A stretch of 64,000 nt of DNA from a virus. The notes beneath the pieces were generated by a model. It made no database searches. It saw only the letters and a program-made list of their open reading frames with translations, and was not told the DNA's origin. Below are positions 1 to 6,530 of this stretch, piece after piece. The stretch lies in IMG/VR virus record IMGVR_UViG_3300012953_000017, positions 55,920 through 119,919 of that record; one strand, 5' to 3'. The position numbers and the translations under genes are program-made. Position 1 is the stretch's first letter; every line of letters begins with the position of its first letter.

Positions 1-152
1 CAAGCAACGTTTCTGGCCTGCTCAGTAGAAGGTGCATCTACCAATTCTACCTTTAAAGCTTCTAGGTTATTTTCGAACTTGGTCGTAGGTTCCTGACCAA
101 ACTTGAGATCCATGGGGAGAACGATAGGTTCTAGATCTGTATTTTGTGGCAT
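1..152 (-). CDS. 5' part of a gene running off the left edge (MPQNTDLEPIVLPMDLKFGQEPTTKFENNLEALKVELVDAPSTEQARNVA...); possibly ThyX-like
   Basis: ATG at 152 preceded by strong SD AGGAGG; frame open to window edge. LKVELVD resembles the first strand of ThyX-fold proteins (weak). Confidence 0.6.
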   Translation of the reverse strand, partial: MPQNTDLEPIVLPMDLKFGQEPTTKFENNLEALKVELVDAPSTEQARNVA

Positions 153-182
153 TGCTTTCCTCCTTTGTGCCAGGTCAATGCA

Positions 183-479
183 CTAAAAATACCACGATTC
201 ATCCCAGTGTTCAACACTAGATGTCTTATTTTTGTCATCTTTTTTGCCTATAATTTCATTCCAAAAGATCGACAATGAATTGGTATATCCTGATCGATTG
301 AGCGCGGTGTCACCCATATGCAACCAAAGATTCATGCACACATCATGGTAAGCTTCATCTATTTTATCTCGATTTGACTCAAGTTTCCACTCGTCCGGGA
401 CACAATCTTTAGGTGCAGTGCCTGAGTGGATTAAATCGATAGCACGGCGAACACTTTTATGAATTTTTAATAAGTTCAT
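183..479 (-). CDS. hypothetical protein
   Basis: ORF overlapping the upstream stop; AAGGA SD before ATG at 479. Confidence 0.55.
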   Translation of the reverse strand: MNLLKIHKSVRRAIDLIHSGTAPKDCVPDEWKLESNRDKIDEAYHDVCMNLWLHMGDTALNRSGYTNSLSIFWNEIIGKKDDKNKTSSVEHWDESWYF

Positions 480-1395
480 ACAGATCATCCTTATCAGAAA
501 ATAAAGTCACTAAATCAACGTTTTTAAGCTCTGTGTTGTAAGGCAAAGCGGGAGAGAAAACTTGCACACCATGCTTCGCGTATTCGGTTGAGTGCTTTGG
601 AGAATCATCAACTGCACAGATCACTTTCCCTTCTTTGTAGAACTCTTGATCGGATAACCACCTAAATTTTTCTCCGGAAAAGTCAAGTGCGTCAAATTGT
701 AACTCTGACTCTGAAAGCCACATGTAAGTATCGTGATAGCATTTAAGATTGTCAGAAGGGCGTGCTGTTAGTAGATGAATCCAGTAGCCTTCACTCTTGA
801 GCTTGTTGACGACACGTACCAGCTTTTCATTCTGCTCTAATATTAAAAACCCGCTCTCATTAATGAAATCTCTAAAAACTTGTTCCGGAGCTAGGCCGGC
901 ATTGAGAACGTCAGATACGTTATAGTATTCCGGGCAAGACACCGGAGTATCGACGCCCTTTGTCACTCTTAGCCAGTCAAAAAAAGACTTTCTAAAATGC
1001 GCTAAAACATCATCAATATCAAATATGACTACCGGTTGTCCTTGCCATGCATTCCTTTCTAGAGAATGTCTCATGTGAAGGAATACATCTTTTGACTCAC
1101 ACGCAGTTTCAAAATCTTCCGGTTTAATATCCCAGAGATTCAAGATAGCCAAAACATATCTGAAAGCATCGACAGACTTATATAAAATCTTGTGGTGGTC
1201 TACCTGATTTTTAACTTGTCTGTGGTCTTTAAAATTAATTGCTGAACCTATTCCGGAGGCTTCAGAATGAAGTGCGAGAACAAAAGTTTTTGTAATCTCT
1301 TCCTTTTCCTTTGTAGACAGTTTTTCACTATTAAAAAACAGACTTGAAAATTCTTTTTGTCTAATTAAAGACTTTGCCAGAGTTTCAAAATTCAA
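457..1395 (-). CDS. fusion: degenerate all-alpha NTP pyrophosphatase (MazG/dimeric dUTPase-like) domain plus HAD-family 5'(3')-deoxyribonucleotidase-like domain
   Basis: N-terminus aligns by eye to 3189..3575 (SVDAFRYVLAIL vs IVDAFNYFLSLL). C-terminus has HAD motifs FDIDDVL, LLTAR, K, VDDSP. Confidence 0.8.
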   Translation of the reverse strand: MNFETLAKSLIRQKEFSSLFFNSEKLSTKEKEEITKTFVLALHSEASGIGSAINFKDHRQVKNQVDHHKILYKSVDAFRYVLAILNLWDIKPEDFETACESKDVFLHMRHSLERNAWQGQPVVIFDIDDVLAHFRKSFFDWLRVTKGVDTPVSCPEYYNVSDVLNAGLAPEQVFRDFINESGFLILEQNEKLVRVVNKLKSEGYWIHLLTARPSDNLKCYHDTYMWLSESELQFDALDFSGEKFRWLSDQEFYKEGKVICAVDDSPKHSTEYAKHGVQVFSPALPYNTELKNVDLVTLFSDKDDLYELIKNS

Positions 1396-1406
1396 GAGAA
1401 TTCTCC

Positions 1407-1616
1407 TTATACAGACACATTATCTAGATCGACAGGGTCAACGTTGAACACAACTTCACCGTGCAAAAGCACTTCACATAAATTTTCGGAAGTGTAGTTG
1501 AGCATTATTCCTACAGCGTCCTCTTCTATAATTACTTGCTGAGAACCATACATGGACGCATAGTTTCCTACGCTGTGTGAATTGAACTTCACCAAAGTAC
1601 CTCTTTCGCTACACAT
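1407..1616 (-). CDS. small hypothetical protein
   Basis: ORF in operon orientation. Confidence 0.55.
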   Translation of the reverse strand: MCSERGTLVKFNSHSVGNYASMYGSQQVIIEEDAVGIMLNYTSENLCEVLLHGEVVFNVDPVDLDNVSV

Positions 1617-1750
1617 AAGTAAAATATAGCCGCCTTTAAAAAAAAGTACATTTAAACAGCATTGGGTAGTTTTTTTCCATAGTTATTAAATGTGCCTAAA
1701 GTCATAAAGATTATTGGCTCTCGTAAGGCAACAAATATTATTATGAGAAC

Positions 1751-2392
1751 TTGATAGTGCAAGAAAATCGTCCTGACAACGAAGAAGTCTTTAACGCTCT
1801 GACACATGGGGTTGGCGCGATTTTGGCTTTGGTTGGCGGAGTTTTTTTAATTGGACAATCTTGGGAAATAGGGCCCTGGCACTTTGCTGGGGCTTTTTTG
1901 TATTCAGTTTCTCTTTTTTCAACTTTTTGTGCGTCAGCTTTTTACCATATCTCAACAGATCCTTTAATAAAGCATAGGTACAGAGTTCTGGACCATTCAT
2001 CCATTTACTTGGCAATAGCAGGGAGTTACTCTCCTATACTTCTAGTAAGTCTAATGGACAATTGGGGACTGCTATATTGTGTTGTAGTGTGGGTGTTGGC
2101 AATTGCAGGAATTCTGTACAAGTCTAAATACACAGGAAAGCATGAGGAATATTCACTCGGAACTTATCTAATGATGGGGTGGATAGGGCTCTTGATTGTG
2201 CATGACATTATAGAAACAATACCTAGCGCAGGATTATATTGGCTTTTAGCAGGCGGCATTATCTACACATCCGGGGCTTATTTTTATTACAAAGACGATA
2301 AAAGATGGTACCACACCATATGGCATTTTTTTGTACTAGGCGGCAGTATGTGTCACTATATTTTGGTCTCTAAGTACATTATACAACCTTAG
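1751..2392 (+). CDS. hemolysin III / PAQR (TrhA/YqfA-like) membrane protein
   Basis: EEVFNALTH, SAFYH, LDHSSIYLAIAGSYSP and HTIWHFFV motifs; about 7 hydrophobic segments. Confidence 0.92.
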   Translation: MIVQENRPDNEEVFNALTHGVGAILALVGGVFLIGQSWEIGPWHFAGAFLYSVSLFSTFCASAFYHISTDPLIKHRYRVLDHSSIYLAIAGSYSPILLVSLMDNWGLLYCVVVWVLAIAGILYKSKYTGKHEEYSLGTYLMMGWIGLLIVHDIIETIPSAGLYWLLAGGIIYTSGAYFYYKDDKRWYHTIWHFFVLGGSMCHYILVSKYIIQP

Positions 2393-3170
2393 TCAGTCCC
2401 ATTTTTTCAATGTATCTGGAAGTGTGAGAATCCATCATTCTCGACTTATACACACCTAATTCCTCTTCAGTAGCGTCTAAGGCGTTCCTGGCAAGATATT
2501 TTTCAACATAAACAGAAAGTGTATTTATAAATTTTTCCAGATTGTCTTCATTAACATTGTCTTCGAGGTATGCGATATTTTCTTCCACTCGAGCGTCTAT
2601 TTCCATTGGACTACTCATGTGTGTATAAAGATCCGCATTAGTCACATCATCAAGTGGGTACCCGTATATCACACGCTGAATAGAATGTTGCATTTCATGA
2701 GCTAGTGCTGCTCTTATCTCCATGGGGAGTGTCGTCAAAAACGGCTTAAGATCTCTTAAATCTTTCGGCATATGCAGAATTATTTCTATTATTCCCTCAT
2801 CTTCAAAATCATCGCTGTGAAGATATCCTGCATCAACGTCAGAATGATCAGCACTTTTGATTAAAAAATGAAACTCTACGTCTGGTAGAGCGTCAAAGTA
2901 CTCGCCTTTGGGCTCCGGTAATTTTTGATTATTTTCTGAAGAAATTAAGTCTGTATAGATAAAATCAATTGTGTCATAAACAGCTTGTGAGTCAATTGAG
3001 CCTTTATTTAAATTAATCGAATTAACAATGGCACTCACAATGGGGTATGCGATTTGAGATGCTGCAGACCTCAGATCAAATCTTTGCTGAATCTGACTAG
3101 AAGAAGACTCATAAATTAGCCTTTCTTCTGTTTGATCGCTGTCGTTACTGTTTAAAATTGTGTCATTCAT
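2379..3170 (-). CDS. putative zincin metallopeptidase-like protein
   Basis: AHEMQH (HExxH) plus downstream PMEIDA glutamate motif. Confidence 0.55.
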   Translation of the reverse strand: MNDTILNSNDSDQTEERLIYESSSSQIQQRFDLRSAASQIAYPIVSAIVNSINLNKGSIDSQAVYDTIDFIYTDLISSENNQKLPEPKGEYFDALPDVEFHFLIKSADHSDVDAGYLHSDDFEDEGIIEIILHMPKDLRDLKPFLTTLPMEIRAALAHEMQHSIQRVIYGYPLDDVTNADLYTHMSSPMEIDARVEENIAYLEDNVNEDNLEKFINTLSVYVEKYLARNALDATEEELGVYKSRMMDSHTSRYIEKMGLTKVV

Positions 3171-3188
3171 AACACATATAAATATGCG

Positions 3189-3575
3189 CTAGTAGCCTGT
3201 GTTAAGACGGTCGTGAATAACTTCATCCTTTTTGCGATATGCGTCAAAAAGCTCATCAGCTGTAACGCCAGTAAGAACTAATAAGGACAAAAAATAGTTA
3301 AAAGCGTCAACAATTTCTTCTAGAAACTCTTCTCTATCAAATTCGTCTACTTCGGTCTTCTTGTGGGGTTTCCAGTTTTTTAAATGCTGAAGTGCTTCAA
3401 ACATTTCTTCGACACCTTTCAAAGCAGTATCTCTTAACACTTGCTGAGACTTCTTTTGTGTCAAAGAGACAGGCCATTCTGGGTATATGTCTGGGTTTGC
3501 CTTACTAATTTCTACCATAAATGATTCACGCAGGCGAAACATTTCAGACAGCTTATCTTTATTACTCAGACTCAT
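3189..3575 (-). CDS. all-alpha NTP pyrophosphatase (dimeric dUTPase / T4 gp56 dCTPase / MazG superfamily)
   Basis: VEEMFEA...WKPHK...LEEIVDAFNY metal-binding motifs; GAGGAG SD before ATG 3575. Confidence 0.85.
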   Translation of the reverse strand: MSLSNKDKLSEMFRLRESFMVEISKANPDIYPEWPVSLTQKKSQQVLRDTALKGVEEMFEALQHLKNWKPHKKTEVDEFDREEFLEEIVDAFNYFLSLLVLTGVTADELFDAYRKKDEVIHDRLNTGY

Positions 3576-3795
3576 TTGTCTCCTCAACAAGTTCTTGTAC
3601 CTCAGAAATCATAGCTTCTAAATTGTTATTAAAAGTCTTTTCATACTCTGATTCTAGGTCAAGAACACCTTCATTACTTACAAACTTAATAAGTCGTAAG
3701 TTATCAGTGATGTCTGTCCCAGTTAATATTGCAACTTGTAATACTTTGGCAATTTGTGCAATTGCAGAATCTGATAGCTTGTAGCAGTCAAACAT
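3562..3795 (-). CDS. hypothetical protein
   Basis: AAGGAG SD before ATG 3795; coupled to neighbours. Confidence 0.7.
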   Translation of the reverse strand: MFDCYKLSDSAIAQIAKVLQVAILTGTDITDNLRLIKFVSNEGVLDLESEYEKTFNNNLEAMISEVQELVEETNESE

Positions 3796-3812
3796 ATTAT
3801 TCTCCTTTTTTT

Positions 3813-4619
3813 TTATTTCTGAATTTTTGGTACCCAATGTGTTGTCCTTCCATCAGGTGTCTTTTCTTTAACAACCTCATTACCTTCAGGGTCGTTCTTT
3901 TGATTATATACCAGGAACCTCTGTGCGTATTGGCCCAATGTTCCGTTAAAATTTTCGTATGTTCTTATTGTAGCACCGCCTGACCGAAAGCTTTCTCTCA
4001 ATATTTTTTTAATTGCTGAGTTAAGTGATGACAAATCTTTGTCAGAAAGAGAGTCAACTGTCCTGTGTGGTGATATCTTGGACAGCCACAAAGAGTCTGC
4101 TTTTACATAGTTTCCGACGCCAGCCACCACTGACTGGTTCATTATAGCTTTAGTGATAGGCCACTTAGACTTCTTTCTAATGGCTTGAAAAAACACTTCA
4201 TCTTTTACATCAGTGGCTAGCATATCCGGCCCTAATGCCTTGAGTTTTTCTAACAAATAATGTTTTCCTCTGACTATTTTAACAGTGCCAAAATTTCTTT
4301 GATCGTTGAAGTACACCTTACTTTTATCGTCAAAACAAAACTCGACTCTAGAATGCTTTTTTTTATTAGGTGACCAATGGCCGGTCATTCCTAGCGTGTT
4401 CCAAATATAGTGATCATTTTTTAGCATCCAGTATAAAAACTTGCCATGCACACCTACACCGGTGACTTTTGCCGGCAGCGTACCTACAGATTCTAGAAGT
4501 CCTGGAATTGGCTTTTTCGTATATCTGCCGCTTAGCACATTTATGCTTTTTAAAGTCTTTGCGGAGACAAATTCAGACAAGTCTAATCCGTATCTTCTTA
4601 CTTCAGGTCCTTCAGGCAC
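3813..4619 (-). CDS. mutM: Fpg/Nei family DNA glycosylase/AP lyase (zincless-finger type)
   Basis: N-terminal PEGPEV, HGKFL, LGMTG, DQRNFG, LGPD, H2TH motif AGVGNYV; C-terminal GRTTHW without Cys zinc ligands. Confidence 0.93.
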   Translation of the reverse strand: MPEGPEVRRYGLDLSEFVSAKTLKSINVLSGRYTKKPIPGLLESVGTLPAKVTGVGVHGKFLYWMLKNDHYIWNTLGMTGHWSPNKKKHSRVEFCFDDKSKVYFNDQRNFGTVKIVRGKHYLLEKLKALGPDMLATDVKDEVFFQAIRKKSKWPITKAIMNQSVVAGVGNYVKADSLWLSKISPHRTVDSLSDKDLSSLNSAIKKILRESFRSGGATIRTYENFNGTLGQYAQRFLVYNQKNDPEGNEVVKEKTPDGRTTHWVPKIQK

Positions 4620-5031
4620 AGTTTTCCTCCAGCCAGTCTCGATATTTATTCAAGGCATGATCGTTAGGGCGTACATTTTTCCAGTCACCTACACAGAAAA
4701 CTCTCCACGCATCCTCAGCGTACTTTCCGCATCCGTAAAGCTCTTTAGGCGATGACCACTCCTTCTCAACGTATTCTCTAGAGAATCTCCGAAGGGTCTC
4801 TGTACGTCTCTTCCACATTCCTAATGGTTTTATAAGGCTTTGCAAATCGTTAACATCTGCGTCCTTCATAGAATCTGCTGTGGGATACTTACGAAAAAGC
4901 TTCTCGTACACTTTGTCAACTTGTTTTCTAGAAGTTTGATTATGAAGAAGACACGCCACTAGTATTTTCCACTCATTAGGCCACAAATCTTCTTGCAGCA
5001 TTCCGACTGGTGATCGAGGTGGTCTCCACAT
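4612..5031 (-). CDS. MBD4-like HhH-GPD mismatch DNA glycosylase (T:G/U:G), stand-alone catalytic domain
   Basis: WRPPRSP...LQE...WKILVAC..N.TS...KYP...IKPLG...ELYGCGKYAEDAWRVFC...P.DH.LNKY.DWL follows the MBD4 glycosylase domain end to end. Confidence 0.88.
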   Translation of the reverse strand: MWRPPRSPVGMLQEDLWPNEWKILVACLLHNQTSRKQVDKVYEKLFRKYPTADSMKDADVNDLQSLIKPLGMWKRRTETLRRFSREYVEKEWSSPKELYGCGKYAEDAWRVFCVGDWKNVRPNDHALNKYRDWLEENCA

Positions 5032-5085
5032 GCAGAGTCTCCTTTTATAAACTTGTTATATTATAAAAAGAGATCTTAAGATGTA

Positions 5086-5388
5086 TTACTTGAAAACTCG
5101 CTCTTTGGCAGTGTCAAAAAGCTCTTTCATAAAAGATTTCTTTAGTTTGAGTAACCTATCAAATTTGACTTTATTTCTAGCGTCTGTGTAGAGTGCAGTG
5201 GGCTTTTTAATCTGGCCATCAATAAGCTGATCGCTAAAGTCATAAAATTTAGACTTAGGGCTTCGAGGTGGCTTAGCTTCGGCATCTGTTGGTGCCGCAC
5301 ACATTCCTATGCAAAATGCTATAATGCACGACATTATCATGGTCATGATTGATGAGTGTCTTATAAATCTTCTTACACCAGGAAGCAT
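5086..5388 (-). CDS. secreted GltF/CglF-like (adventurous gliding motility) protein
   Basis: Signal peptide ending AEA; YDFSDQLIDGQIKKP...YTDAR.KVKF..L...KSF resembles the CglF/GltF core pattern DFxDxxIxGxxxKP...AR (recalled, not searched). Confidence 0.65.
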   Translation of the reverse strand: MLPGVRRFIRHSSIMTMIMSCIIAFCIGMCAAPTDAEAKPPRSPKSKFYDFSDQLIDGQIKKPTALYTDARNKVKFDRLLKLKKSFMKELFDTAKERVFK

Positions 5389-5404
5389 ACTGTCTAAGTA
5401 TGCA

Positions 5405-5707
5405 CTAAGCTTGTCCTGGTTTCATCGCGGCAAGAATTTTAATCTCAGCCAGTTTCCTGTCCATCATTTGACGAAACTCTTCAGAATGATTTGCAATTTC
5501 AGCTGATCGAATTTCTTCAATCATGTCCCAAACAGAATCGTTTTCATCTGTTAGTTCTCTTATTTCTTTTATGCAAAACTTTAATGATTCTTCAAGCATA
5601 GCCAATCGAAAGTTAGCATCGTGCTCTGGCGAAGGTTTTTCTAAGACTGACTCTATTAGAACAAGTTGCTCTTCTACAAGTTGTGATCTAGTAAGTTTTT
5701 TTGTCAT
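5405..5707 (-). CDS. hypothetical coiled-coil protein
   Basis: ORF abutting upstream stop; helical composition. Confidence 0.65.
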   Translation of the reverse strand: MTKKLTRSQLVEEQLVLIESVLEKPSPEHDANFRLAMLEESLKFCIKEIRELTDENDSVWDMIEEIRSAEIANHSEEFRQMMDRKLAEIKILAAMKPGQA

Positions 5708-5708
5708 G

Positions 5709-6518
5709 TTATTTATTATATTCGACGACACGAACTCTTATAACTGGAATATGATCATCAGGCGTCTTATCCATAACGCCGACAAATTTGCATTCTTCAG
5801 GAACTACATACACTACAAACTCTAGATCGTCTAAATGCATTAAGCACTGAGAAGTTGAACGCATATTGTCTGTTGTGCGCATCATGTTGTAGTTGCTTCC
5901 TTTATCAAAATTTTGCTTTGTTAAAGTTGGCATTATTTTGTTATGGTCATCAATATCAGAAAGCTCCATTTCTGCTGTAGCTTTTCTTATTTTTGATGAT
6001 AGGTAATCATCAGGTTTTCTGTCTGGAGTATAACCCGCACCATCATGGTCTTGACCATGATTTGTCCTTACATCAAACCCTGTAGAAGGGTCTAGCTTTT
6101 TTATAATTGGGTTGTGTTTACTAGTCATCTCAATGCTGTACATTGACTTATTGTTTCCCGCGAAGGTGTGCCCTTTAATTCCATCTCTATAGGAAACTAA
6201 TGATTTTATACAGTCTGAAAGTGTTTCTTGTTCGAGTGCATGAATCATTCTAGGACCATCGTCTGACTGAAGCTTTCCTTTTACAGCCTTTTCGTCTTCA
6301 CCCACGAGTAATGCAGCGTTTATCACTCCAATTCCCTTCTCGTTCATGCCTTCCATGTAGTTAGTATACAGATCGTGTAGGTATACAACTTCCATTCCAT
6401 TTCTTATCTCTCTTACTAGTCTGAGCTTTGGAACATAGTTTCTGTCTCTAGTTTTACCTAGAACATTGCCTCCTGAAATTTGGCCACCTACAATTATACA
6501 TTCGCGCAAAGGTTTCAA
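5709..6518 (-). CDS. Ntn-hydrolase family protein (Cys nucleophile; C45/C59-like)
   Basis: CIIVG near the N-terminus, GKTRD, EGMNEKGIGV and RTNH motifs typical of Cys-Ntn hydrolases; TTG start with GGAG SD. Confidence 0.75.
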   Translation of the reverse strand: MKPLRECIIVGGQISGGNVLGKTRDRNYVPKLRLVREIRNGMEVVYLHDLYTNYMEGMNEKGIGVINAALLVGEDEKAVKGKLQSDDGPRMIHALEQETLSDCIKSLVSYRDGIKGHTFAGNNKSMYSIEMTSKHNPIIKKLDPSTGFDVRTNHGQDHDGAGYTPDRKPDDYLSSKIRKATAEMELSDIDDHNKIMPTLTKQNFDKGSNYNMMRTTDNMRSTSQCLMHLDDLEFVVYVVPEECKFVGVMDKTPDDHIPVIRVRVVEYNK

Positions 6519-6530
6519 TTTTTTCTCCAG

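Noticed and set aside
3177-3184. T4 late promoter TATAAATA on the plus strand
   Set aside because: It points away from the adjacent minus-strand gene and no plus-strand gene follows; better explained as the minus-strand ATATTTA motif.
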